In this document: piece by piece, positions 10,433-22,475 of the stretch
Numbering within the stretch: the stretch's first letter is position 1
Layout of the letters: each line of letters begins with the position of its first letter
From: Azolla caroliniana
Taxonomy: Eukaryota > Plantae > Polypodiophyta
Length of the DNA: 64,000 nt
NCBI GenBank assembly: GCA_043228905.1
Contig: JBHGNT010000003.1
Coordinates: 5,084,001-5,148,000, forward strand
Reading direction: 5' to 3'
The notes under the pieces: model-generated
Databases searched by the model: none
Seen by the model: the letters and a program-made list of their open reading frames with translations, nothing else
Told to the model about the DNA's origin: nothing
Translations under genes and position numbers: made by a program

Positions 10433-12764
10433 ATGGCTTGTCTTCCAGAGGAGAGGGTCACGAACTCCATCTTGCGGGCATGGTGTCACGTACGACATCA
10501 CTTGGTCAAACACACACCGGAGACACTGATCGAGTGGTCTAGACAACCATTATTTTGGAACCCTCAGGTGCAAACAAGTGACGACATGATGTTAGGCCAG
10601 CTTAAGGCCCTAGCATGGGGAAAGTTGGCGCAAACAGGGCTTCACTCTTTAGATTATTGGAGACGCACGACGACTTTAGGAGGAGCCCAGGAGGTTCCAT
10701 TCCCTCCCCTCAAGGGAGCCATGAAAATGCGGAGATTGATAGTTGAGGCAGTTGATAGGGTTCCGATGGGGGAGGTGAGAGAAGATGCTTGGTTTGGTCT
10801 CTTTGATGAGGCTGGAAGGGTTAAGTTGTTGAAGGGCGTGACGGGTCGGACTTTTCAACTGCATCTAGATGACCCCTTACGCAATGGCTGGCGTACATTG
10901 GGCATCCCTAATGAGGTGCTCATTACCTTTTGGAAGGGTCTCTAGCGTCTCCACTTGCCGGAAAAGATAAAGTTTTTTTGGTGGCAAATCGGTCATAATG
11001 TGGTTTCCGTTGGTGAATGGCTAGGTAAACATGGCGGCCCGTTAGGCTGCCCACTTTGCCATTCACCTATTGAGACTCTGAGGCATTGTCTGTGGGATTG
11101 CACTCACTATCAAAAGGTATGGGATAGAGTGACTCGCCTCCTTGTGGCATGTGAAGTGGAAGGAACAACATCGTGGTGTGTTGCGGCATGGCTTGACCAC
11201 TCCGTTGATAGGTGGACGGACGCCTTCAACGCGGATAGTTGGTGCTACGTATGCATGAGAGGCAAAATCACCAAGATTTGATTTGAGAGAGGCTTGCAGT
11301 CTACATCCCTAGGCTCTGGGACATTTGGATGCTGATCGCAGGCTTCGCCCTGTGGTATGTATGGAAAGTGATCATGGTGCGGCCCCCGGAGGAAGTGATC
11401 ATGGACATATGGTTTGCGCTTATCAGCTGCCTACGAGGGCAATTGGACAAGGTTTGTAGCCATTCCACTGACGTGGGTACTACCCGTTTGCGCTTTTGGC
11501 AGAAATGGCGGAACATGCTGTCGTGAAGATTTTCGTCCACGAGTGGAAACCCGAGCAACGAGGGCCAGAGAGCGATGTGCAACGTTGCACATGTACATAA
11601 TGTATTTGTAATAGTAATAAAGGTATAAAGGTGATGTGGTCTTGTACGCACAACCACGCGAGAGAGAGAGGTACTATGCGGTACATAGGTACCTAGTTGT
11701 TTGTGAGGAGGTGGGAGTTAAGGGGGGCCATCGATCTCACCCTCCCCAAATCAAGGCAAATATCCCCTTTGAATGAAGGGGGGATATTTTAGTCTCGTTT
11801 TTGTAAACGGTCTTCCCTCCTTGTGCTATAAAAGGAGAGGGAAGACACCATTGTGGAGGTTTCCCATTTTGCGTTAGAGGGTATACCATTAGATTTAGGG
11901 TTAGTTACATTTCTTCTTCTTCTTCTTCTTCTTCTTCTTCTTCTTCTTCTTCTTCTCCCCCCTTCGTGTTCGCTTAGGTTTTGCTTCAGCTCGTCTCCTG
12001 CGCAAGACCCCGCTCGGCACGACAAGCCCGTGAGCTCCCCGACCGGCGGCTTGGCAGCTGACGACTACTGTAACCTACCTTGGTCCGGCTCGAAGCCGGG
12101 AATGTATTCTTCCTCTTATATATATACATTTGCGTTCGTCTGTGTATATTCGCGTCTCTATTGGTGTCGGGTGCTTCCCCTTTCCTACGTTTCCTGTACA
12201 TAAGGGCGTGAGCCGGGTCAACCTGTGTGTGTGTGCGTGCGTGTGTGCGTGCGTGCGTGTGTGTGTGCGAGTCGGTGTTAAGCGCGCGTCCCCTCTCTTT
12301 CTCTCTCTCTCTTCGGTTGCCTCCGGTGTGCTTCTGGGATGCCCCGGAAACGGTGAAGTACGACTTCCTACGCTCCGTCACTCTCTAGTCCAAGACCCCC
12401 GTGGTCCCGCCTTTCTCCACGCACGCGCGTAACAACGCGACAACGCCTATGGTGACACAAGGAGGAAGTGGCCCAAGGTGGAACTACCAGCTCCCCACGC
12501 TGGTTGTTTCCAGCTCACTTACCACCCTCACTTTGTTGTTGACCCCAGGAGTTGTCTCGTAGTAGCCATCATTGAAGGGCATTGTTTTTAGCTATAGGCA
12601 CTTACATTAAGTAGTCAGTCCGAAAGGCGATGTAACTAGTCTCATTTTCTTGAACTTGATCGGAGGGAGATTCCCCGATCTATGTTTAAGCCTGCTTGTA
12701 CACTCTCTTTGTAATAATCCTTCCTAATTAATGGGAAAGTAGCTTCATTGTTGAAAAAAAAAAA
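10433..12764 (+). mobile_element. 3' fragment of an L1-like LINE (ORF2 C-terminus with zf-RVT, 3' UTR, polyA), interrupted by a solo LTR
   Basis: CPLC..ETLRHCLWDC zinc finger and A-tail at 12754-12764. Homologous to the reverse complement of 47336-49794. Confidence 0.88.
11519..12442 (+). mobile_element. Solo LTR, tRNA-Trp gypsy group, 4-bp TSD
   Basis: Ends tgtcgtgaag...aacgcgaca with flanks ATGC/ACGC. The empty site is visible in the second LINE copy near 47655. Related to LTRs 22558 and 27693, and contains (CTT)n. Confidence 0.9.
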
Positions 12765-14281
12765 GAGTTTTTGTCTTTACAAGGATAGGCCTATTATTGG
12801 GAGTTGTAACATACAAAAATAAAGGCCAAATTCCATCCAAATTGATCACATAAATGATTTCAAATTCTCTACACAAGGTTTATCTCGATGCAAAATAATT
12901 AATTTTCCATATCCATGCACTAGTTTTCTACATATTCACATCCTCCAAAAGGATTTTCATTTTCATTGATTGCAAGCAAGACAATCACAATATTGTATGT
13001 CCATTTCATTTATAATTTCACGTTTCCCCATAATTGCATCAAACGTTACCCTAGTTCCAATATGTAAAGCACTTGAATTGGTTGTGACAAGGAGCTAAAC
13101 TTGTCCTAACTACTACATAGTGAAAGATGTGTACGCACTTGCCACAAAAAATGAGACTTATTAATGGGAAGGTCAATGCAATTTTAAAATAAACTTGGAT
13201 TCAAAAATATTTGAGCTCTGCCTAAAACTTCGGGAAAAATGTTATCATCCATACACATGTTTATTCTTTAATGTTTTTCGATTTAGTCAAGTCAATATAC
13301 TATAAACAAAAATGGAAGGCAACATATAGTTTTGAATCTTGATAGTTTATGCTAATAGGTTAGATGCCAACATGCCTACTATAGAAACATGCACCACAAT
13401 CATATCACACATGTGAAAAGGCACGATTCAATGAAGAGTCAATAAACTAAATCACAAATCGGCACAATATTCATTATATTGCCTTTGCGATATAATTGAT
13501 TTTTGAGGAAAACATTCAAAATATAAAAGCTTGTATTGGTTGACCAATAACTTGAACCCTTGAGTTCCTCTAGGCGAAGACATGCAAAATTTATGAAAAG
13601 CGCGTAAATGTTTAAAAGATTAGGATATTTCGACCCACGAGCCATCATAGCATACTTTAGTTATTCATCCCTTGAAATGTAAAATTGTACCCGCGTGTAC
13701 AACAATACGTGGCAAAAGACATACCCTGATGTCAAAGAAGAAAACGAGTATCGATATTAAAAGCATAACTATTCAATGTCGTACTTTTGGTACAATGAAC
13801 ATGGTAAAATATTGGACTTCTGATTCCAATACAAGTAACTTTAACTTATATATGGTTTGTAAAATTTATTGTCGATTGGTTTAACTGTTTAATTCAAACA
13901 CATTGTTATTTCTCAATAAATGTACACGAATTATTAATTTTTTTGTAATGATCAATTAGTGTATAGTATATACAAGTTATTAAATTTTTCTATAATGATC
14001 AATTAGTGTATACGCATTAATAAATTTAACAACGGTGATCAATTTAGTGTAGACAAAATGATAAATTTAACTACATTACTGTACACATGTTTGTGTACAT
14101 GATTTAACACTAAAAAGTGTGTGGTATGGCAACAAAAAAATGGCACGACAGAGAAATCAACATGGCACTCTCTTGTTTGTGAAATGATGTCTTTGTGCCT
14201 CAAGTTCTTTAGTTGTCATTGTAGCCCACCAAAGGTTGAAGGTTAATAGGAAAACACCCTTAGCCATAGAAGTAGAGAAAC

Positions 14282-14533
14282 TGTTAAGGTTCAACTTACA
14301 TACAAAATCCTAATAGACTTATGTATTGTTCCCCAATATAAGAGGAGATTACAACAGGAATGGCAAAATGCTACCTATTTCCCCTCTTCGCGTACATAAA
14401 ATATATATAACTATATTGTTAAATGGATTGTGGTTCGTTCTTCTATGTAAGAATTATCTATTGTATCATTACTAACAAAAATAGGGATTCTACATTCTCT
14501 CTCAAGCGATCATTTTAACATGGTGTTAGTGCC
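14282..14533 (+). mobile_element. Short LTR remnant with a degenerate iMet PBS
   Basis: tgttaa...ttaaca (14282-14520) with an internal TATA, followed by tggtgttagtgcc (compare TGGTATCAGAGCC). Confidence 0.45.
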
Positions 14534-16293
14534 TCTTTTCTATGTCTAATGATTTTCTTACTCATACACTATAGATATAGGCTACATCACCTTACTGTTA
14601 AAGTTTAGATATGTTACATGCATCTGGTGCTCTAGACTTTTCTTCTTATCAAGCTATGACATTTTCCTTGTTTGTGATATTCATGGTAGACTTTGATGCT
14701 TTGGAGATTTCTTTCATGATTTTAATTTTACAAGAGTTTCCTCAAAGTGAGGAGCTTGTATGGTAGGTATTTGAGGAGTTCTATGTTATATTTTTCCCAA
14801 AGTATAAACCCTAAACCGTAAACTTTACCTTGGAGCCATACTAGTTTTGTTTTCATACTCACCAATTTTAGTGTCCACACTTTATCTTCATCATACTCAC
14901 AACATTTCGTCTTGATTGTCATCATCTTGAGTATATTATTAGGACAATTTAGAACACAATTTGGGCCTTGTGAGAAATGTGATATTGGAATATGGATATA
15001 CTTATATAAAAGTCATATCATTACTTATCATTGGAAAGGACTTTCTGTGAGGAGACCAATGATTACTCAATTTGGACTAGGGATATGGAAGTTATAAGTC
15101 CCTAAAAGTTCCACCATGTTAATCTCTTTCCTTTTATTTGAGAGAATTATTTAGAAATATTCCAAATGCTTAAAAAGCCTTGAGTCTAAATTTGGCCAAA
15201 TGCATTGTTCAATAGCCTTCACCTTGCTTTGAGTCTAAATTCTTCTCCTTCTTTTTGGCTGAACTTCATCACTTCTATAGATTTCAATGAATTGTGTTAC
15301 TTTGTTATAGCACATTATGGTCTCTAATCAACATCATTAATATCTTTTAACGTTACTATGTTATATCGTTGATTTTCATGGCTTATTTTTGTGGATAGAA
15401 ATAATTTCACGAAGGATCTTTAAGCCACATAGCAAAGATAATAACAATTGTGTGTCTAAGTGAATGAGTGAGAGAGAGAGAGAGAGATTGCCGCGTTTAG
15501 TTTTCAATTGCTTCTTTCATTTGGGGGTCAAAGAGGTGGAGATCACAAAGAACTTTGGAGTTTGTTGAAAGGTCAAAATTATTATGCATCCCACCCAATT
15601 ATGGGTTTATCTTGTAATAACTATGCAATATTGCATTGATACAAGGTTCTTTATCTTTACAAACAAAGGAGAAACCATGGGTTATTGGTGTTTACATAGT
15701 CAAACACAAATTTACACGGTTTTATCATTGCTTTGTTGAATCTCTTTGATGGCTATCATCTAAGGCTGAACAAGAATTAAAAGTACATAACTCTAATTAT
15801 GGATGATGGCAAATCGTAAAACATTATTGGCATTCAAAACTGCAACAGACAGAGGTCAAATATGACGTATGAGACCAAAAATATTACATTTTACATAATG
15901 CATGTGAAAGTGAGTAGTGACTCTCGATGTTCAATAACTTTACCAATGAATATTGCAATCGAGAGTGCACATTGTGGTTGTGACAAAAATTCGTGCAAGG
16001 ATTGGCTTTGGTCGAAGATGTGTGGAAATCTTGGTCAAATATCATAAAAAGGCAATACAATGTTTCATAGTGGGATACTCAGATTCTCGAACTCGTTTAG
16101 GGAGAAGTGAGCATAGTCGCCCACTCTCATGACTTGTGCCCGAACACCCAGTCTCACATCGCAATGCATCTGAGCTAAGTCGCATGGAAGCAATGGTTCA
16201 AATGGTAGACAATGGGATGGGTTCTAACACGTATCGATGTATACGGTTTCCCTATTCCACTAATAATATAGTTTAAATGTAATTAGGTGCAAC

Positions 16294-16861
16294 CATAGAT
16301 TGACACATACGTGATATTCATGATATTCGCCATTCGTGATATTCAGAATATTCAAAAATAAGAAATGGCCACAAGAATATTATAAAACCATTCAATAAAA
16401 TAAAGTTATATAAGTAATATAAATTATTTCTTTCACTAAAAAATTAATGAATCCACTAATAATTACATAATTTGGGATTCAATTGAAGTAGGGTTTCATC
16501 CAAATTTTGGGTTTATACAAACCCTAAGTTTGCATATTAAAAACATCACTACATCCATTGGGCAGAGGATGTAGAGCGAGACGAGGATGTTAGACATGAA
16601 GAGAAAATAAGGTTGAAATTAGGGTTTTCAATAAAAACCCTACTTTTAAGGCCAAGAGTAGGATGGAGGGGGAAGCGAGGATGTAGGCATCATGCACAGG
16701 ATGCAGAGGGAGGTGAGGTTGATGTTCACTCTTTGTTCGCTAAAAGAAAAGACGAATATTTTTTATTATTTAAAAAACCCGAATACTTTTATAACCATTA
16801 GTATTTGTATTCATTTGCATTCGTGGGGGAGACCCCGCAAATGTGAATATGTCAATCAATG
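16294..16861. mobile_element. hAT-type MITE
   Basis: TIRs catagattgacacat / atatgtcaatcaatg, 8-bp TSD ggtgcaac/ggggcaac, and subterminal atattc/gaatat repeats. Confidence 0.7.
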
Positions 16862-16896
16862 GGGGCAACATGTGTAGTATAATATGTGAAACGTGA

Positions 16897-17996
16897 TGTT
16901 AAGCGTTTGGATTACACCACGATCGGTTAGGAAAAAGAGAGCACCAACAAGGACGTAGTACGGCTAAAGGAACTATGAAGAGGAAATGGCAAGACGAGAA
17001 GTAGCTAATCGACAGCCAAGTGTGAAAGAGTTAGTGTGAAAGAGTCATACCCTAAATGTAAATACTATATAAAACACATTGTGGTGGCTTTGTAAGGGTT
17101 CTTCCATTTGAAAGGTCTCCCTATTGATTAAGAGCTAGAGTTTCTTCTCCTCCTTGTATCCCTTAACTTAAGAGAGATTAGTGAAGTGTTTAGTTAGAGA
17201 ACACTAATCTCTCCTCCTTGTTGGCGCTAGACCTCTTAGCAAAGAAGGTTAATAAACATATTCATTACCCTTATTGTCTATGAGAGTGAGCTTGAGAGAG
17301 TGAGAGAGATATCATGCTTAATAATCCATTAATCGTTAAGTGGGTGTGAGGTTCAGAGGTGTTTGACGACCATCTCTGCCTGATTTGCCAGTCTGAGCTC
17401 CGTAAACGACATCGAGGAGTGATTAATTCCATCGATACATAGATCTTACACACGTGAGCCTCCACATTTGACCCATGTCATGATGCATTGGCATTGCAAA
17501 AAGGCTCTAGTGATGCATCATGAAGCAAGTGTGTTGCCTCCTATTAAGAATTAGGTAAGTAATCAAGGGTTAATTAGTACCTAATTATGTGATTAAGTTA
17601 AGCGGAAGATTAAGTGATATGTGTGTGTGTGTGTGAGAGGAAGAGAGAGAGAGAGAGAGAGAGACAGAAAGAGATACACTCATGAGCAACACAAGATGGG
17701 GGATGATTAACTCTATATTAAATTAGGATTATCATCATCAAATACAAAAATACCTACAATGAGGTATATATAGATCTCACGTGCAAGGGTGCACATGTGT
17801 GAGTATAATATAGGTACAAAAGTGTAAGTCCTATATTAAATGTACTTGGGAATGGAGGATCTAGAATATCCCACTTAAGTATAATGTCCTATTTAAGGCG
17901 TTATAGTCAACACTTCTAACTAGATTCTATCTAGGTAACTACGAAGTTACATGGTTGACTAAATAACTAAACTAAGTTGAGCTTGATCTCTCAACA
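16897..17996 (-). mobile_element. 3' LTR of the copia element
   Basis: tgttaa...tcaaca ends, adjacent to the PPT complement cgccccctcaa. Confidence 0.7.
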
Positions 17997-20870
17997 CGCC
18001 CCCTCAAGCTCAGTGTGAGGCATTTGACATCCGCTTTGGCTTTCGTCGACTTCGTGTGCTTCCGTTTGGCCTTCAACTTTTCTTCGCGGTGGTAATCTCG
18101 GTTCCTCCCCCTCATGCCGGTGATGAAGGCTTGTAGTGTGTGGGCGAAGGTCGACTACTTCCACCCATCGTGAGTTACGAGCCGCTTCGGTGGAGCTCTT
18201 GGGCTCTTGTTCGGCTGCTACCTTCATCGCGAAGGCATAGTGATGGGTTATGTACTCGTTGTAGCCGAGCCGAGTGACGTAGCTCTAGATGAGTGTCGAA
18301 GTTTTTTGTTCGCTGATGTGAGCCCCTTCTTTGCTTTGGGTGTCCGCATGATGGGTACACTGAACTCACTGTGTAGTGAGGGAGCCGACACATCCGAATC
18401 ACTGTCATCGGGGTGATCAACTTCGTATTCAGGCATCTTACCTTTGCCTTTGTCCAAGTTCGTACTTGGTCGTGACATGCTTGGGTCGCGTGGGGGCTCT
18501 TGTGGCCCACTAGGCCTTGCCGTAATCGGACTTTCTTCGAAAATGTGTTCGAAGTGATCTCCATCTTCTACCTCTTGTTCGGCGGATTCTGGGTCGAGCG
18601 GAGTCGGAGTCGAAGTTGTCTCTGGTGCGTACTAGGATGCAGACTTGTCAAGGGTAAAGGGTTGTAGCACTTGTATGCCTTCTTCTCGGATGAGTATCCT
18701 ATGAAGATACAATCCTCCGACTTCGCGTCGGGCTTCTGTCATTGTTCTTTCGGGATGCGTGCATTCGCAATGCTTTTGAACACCTTGAGGTGCGACAGGA
18801 TCACCTTCCTTCCGACGAGGAGCTCGTATGGAGTTAGCTCATGCACTCCATTAACGGTGCATCAATTCATGAGATAGACGGTCGTGGATGCCACATCGGC
18901 CCAATAGAAGTTTGGCATGTGCTTCTCATGTAACATGGCCCGTGCTGCCTCGAGTATTTGCTGATTTTTCCTTTCGGCTACTCCATTTTTTTTGTGGTGT
19001 GTGTCGGCACGAGAATTCTCTCCGAATGCCTTCACTTTGGAGGTAGGAGGTGAATTCTTCGAAGAAGTACTCCTTTCCTCCATCCGATCATAGGCATCGA
19101 ATATGCCGACCGGTTTCTTTTTCGACTTGCTCCTTGAGCTTTTGGAAATGGCAGAACACTTCACTCTTCTTCTTCATTGGGAAGATCCACGCGTAGCGCA
19201 AGTACTCGTCGATGAAGGTGACGTAGAATCGGCATCCGTCGATCGTCGGCATTTGAGCCGGTCCCCATACATCCGAGTGTATGATGTCGAGGAGGCCTTT
19301 GCTCGCGTGGCTCTCCTTCGGGAATGGGAGTCGATGTTGTTTGCTGAGTTGACATGCTTCACATATTCGGTCGACTCGTTTCGACTCGAATGTTGGAAGT
19401 CCGATGACGACTCCCTTGGTTTGCATTGCTCGAAGCCATTGGAGGTTTATGTGGCTGATTCTCTTGGGCCACAACTCGATGCTAGTTTCGGTTTTGAGAC
19501 CTTTAACGTACATTGTCGATTTAACCTCGTTCAAATCGAGGATGAACATTCGACCATCTATCCGCCCCTTAACTATGAGTCGGCCATCTTTCTCGATGAA
19601 GCATCCTTCGTTGTTGAACCGGACTTGCATACCTTGCTCCACAATTTGGCCGACTGAGACCAAATTCTTCGTTATTGTGGGCATGTGCAAGACATTCTTG
19701 ATGCAGTTGCTTGGCCTTCATTGCCGAATGGAACATTGTCGATGTGCCGAATCAGATGTGTGGTGTCGTCACCCATCTCTATGACGCCGGGTCGATCGGG
19801 TGTGCGCAAATCACAGAACCACTCTTCGTGGGATGTCATGTGATGTGAGGCGCCGGAATCGACGAACTACTTGGAGGTGCTTGCAGAGTCGGATGTCGTC
19901 ATAGAGTTCGCCCTATACCTCATTACGAATAGTCCGCCGTAGTCATCATATTCGGAGTTGGTGGCGTAATTTGTGAGTTGTCTACTTGTCGAAGCCGACT
20001 CGCTTCTTCTTTTTCGGCACTCCTCGCGGTGGCCGATTTTGCCATAATAATTGTAAGTTGCGGGCCTCATTTTCCAACGTTCTTCGGGATGGAAGCTTCC
20101 CCTTCTTCTGAAGGTACCTTGATGGCTTCCGTCTTGTTGTCAAAGGTTTGAGTTCCATTCGTGTGATGGGTCTAATCGACCTCTTCTACCGCCTCGACCT
20201 CGTCCTCGGCCACCATCCGAATTCGAGAAGAACATTTGTCCTTCTGATGTCTTAGTTTTGGTTTGGACGTGGTTCTCTTCAACCATTAGCATTGATTGAA
20301 GGTCGTAGAACGAAGGGGGGATTTCCCTCGCCAAGATTTCCGTCCTCAACAAGTCGAATCGTTGTGTGAGGCCGGCCCAAGCATACTTGAACCATCTCGT
20401 CTTCATCGACGTTTATTTTGATGGAGCCAAGTGAGTCGCAAATGCTCTTGATCTTTGCGGTGTAGTTCAACACAAACATGTCTTTTTGCCAAATGTTGTT
20501 CAACTCTTGTCGGAGTTGAAGCTTTCGGGGGGCGTGTTGGTGGCGAACATTTTCTTTAAGTTCACCCACGCTTCTTTAGGCGTATTGGCGTCTCGAATGT
20601 GGCTAAGCATGTGGTCGTGGACGCATGTTGCCAAGCAATACATGACTCAACTCGCCGCTTGCTCCCATGTTGCGTAGTCGGCGTTCTTTGAGTCAGGTTG
20701 ATTTTCTTGAGCGTAGTTAATGTAGCTCCAATACCCTTTGCCGACGAGGTATTGGGTCATCTTGTACTCCCAAGATGAATAATTACCCCGGTCTTGCTTT
20801 TCACTAGGGAGCGAGCTACCCATTTGTGTGTTCATTTTGATGTAGTGTCTTCCTTCGATCACGTACACGT
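16897..20870 (-). mobile_element. Ty1/copia element lacking its 5' LTR and most of RT/RNase H
   Basis: gag (NYSSWEYKM..YL, zinc-knuckle remnant), protease VDSGASHHM, GAG-pre-integrase and integrase (HSDVWGP, FID, NGVAERKN), then a jump to ...LEG and the PPT ttgagggggcg. 3' LTR 16897-17996. Confidence 0.88.
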
Positions 20871-22010
20871 TGTCACGTTGTTACACGCGTGCGTGGAGAA
20901 CAAGGCGGGACCACTGGGGTCTTGGACCGAGGAATAGGTGGGGAAAAGAGAGAGAGGGAGAGAGAGACACGCTCACACACGGATAGACAAAGAAGCGTGC
21001 GGGAACACAGCCCGATCAACACAAGAGACACAAGTTGGGCAGGAGATAGAGTATAAGAACGCGTATATAAATATATGTATGCAGATGACTTGAACGGTTA
21101 CAGTTGATCAGGTCGGCGAGACGGGTGTCGACGCCTAATCACCCACGCACACAGGAGAGCAAGATGGAGATCCTACCGGAAGCACACGGGCATTCCACGG
21201 AGCAGGATCAGCCTCCTGAGAACCTGCACAAAAGAAAGCTATGGAGAATGACAGAGAAGAAGAGCTCGGTCCCAGTCCGACAGCACTTCGTCCCCTCTAG
21301 CGCGCTCTCCTTTTTCTCCCCCGTCTCCCTCTCTTTTATAGCTCAAGGAGGGAGACCGTTTCACCCGTTTACATCACATTAATTCTCTGTCCTTTCGGAC
21401 AGAGATACTCCTCGATTTCCCTTATAGAATATTGCTACCTAGGATCTAACCTTTGTGCCTACCTATCTACCATACGACAAGGGACGTGCCCACGTGTAAG
21501 GGCTGGTTCACACACATAACACACGGTTTGCGCCTGGGGAAGGTTTTCTTCACGACATCCGCCCCCACCTAACCGCGCATCCACCGGTATGCGCCAAAAT
21601 TGGGTCCCTATGGGAGAAAACCGGTCCTTGCTTTTACTCCTCATTAACCGGTTCGTCCTCCGCCTCGGGCTGCTCGTCGTTGCTGTCCGCGCCTCCTAGC
21701 TCTGGCTCACCGTCGTGTCGTTTCTTGAACGCTTTGATCCTCTTCCCCGCTACTGGTATCGCCATTCTCGTACCGTCGAGCTCCGCGAGATGGTACGTCC
21801 CATTGTCGTTGGCGCCTGTTACTACGTAAGGCCCGAACCACCTCCTCGCAAACTTCTGCGTGGCCCTGTGCTGATTATCGAGGCTACTGTCGTAGACTAG
21901 CACCCAGTCGCCTTCCTTGATCTTCCTTGGCCGGAGCCGGTGTGTTCGGTCGAACCGGGCTTTGTTCCTTATCCTCGCTACTCGAAGTTTCTCCACGGCC
22001 CATTCTACGT
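20871..22010 (-). mobile_element. 3' end of a tRNA-Trp-group gypsy element (integrase C-terminus, PPT, 3' LTR 20871-21557)
   Basis: GDWVLVYD..KFARRWFGPY..NGTYHLAELDG (GPY/F module, no chromodomain). LTR tgtcacgttg...cttcacgaca is flanked by ACGT and inserted just upstream of the copia gag. Confidence 0.88.
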
Positions 22011-22475
22011 TGATTTTCTTCTCCTCTCCGACGGAAGACATGTATTGGATGGTTCTTATACTACAATAATCGGATGTTTGGAAGAGGACAAGGTCTGGTC
22101 TACAATATCTTCTTTAATAGTTTGGGAATTGTGGAAGTTTATAAACTTATATGTAAATGTGTATTTCAGAAAGTCAAACAGAACGTGGTTAAGTTAGTCA
22201 AGGAGATATGGTTACTGCTCTTACATACTCTAATAGGTCAATATGAGGCTATAACTAGTGAGCCTATTGTTGTGATTCGTAAACAACAACAATTTCAAGA
22301 AATTTGGAAAAAGGCAATGGTCTTCACCTCTTTTGGAGAGAGAATAAAGTGGAGATATGCTCCACTTGTCGGTTGATGTGGGTATGAGGATTATAATCTA
22401 TTGTATGAATTCATTGTAGCCTTTGGGCATCTTTCCATTAATACCAAGGTGAATCTTTATTTTTATTTTTTTTTA
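22005..22475 (+). mobile_element. 3' fragment of the second LINE family
   Basis: Homologous to 33143-33490 and 34120-34190. Confidence 0.8.

Noticed and set aside
15862-16047. SWIM/Mutator zinc-finger remnant
   Set aside because: The Cys spacing is unconvincing, and no TIR or transposase core is seen.
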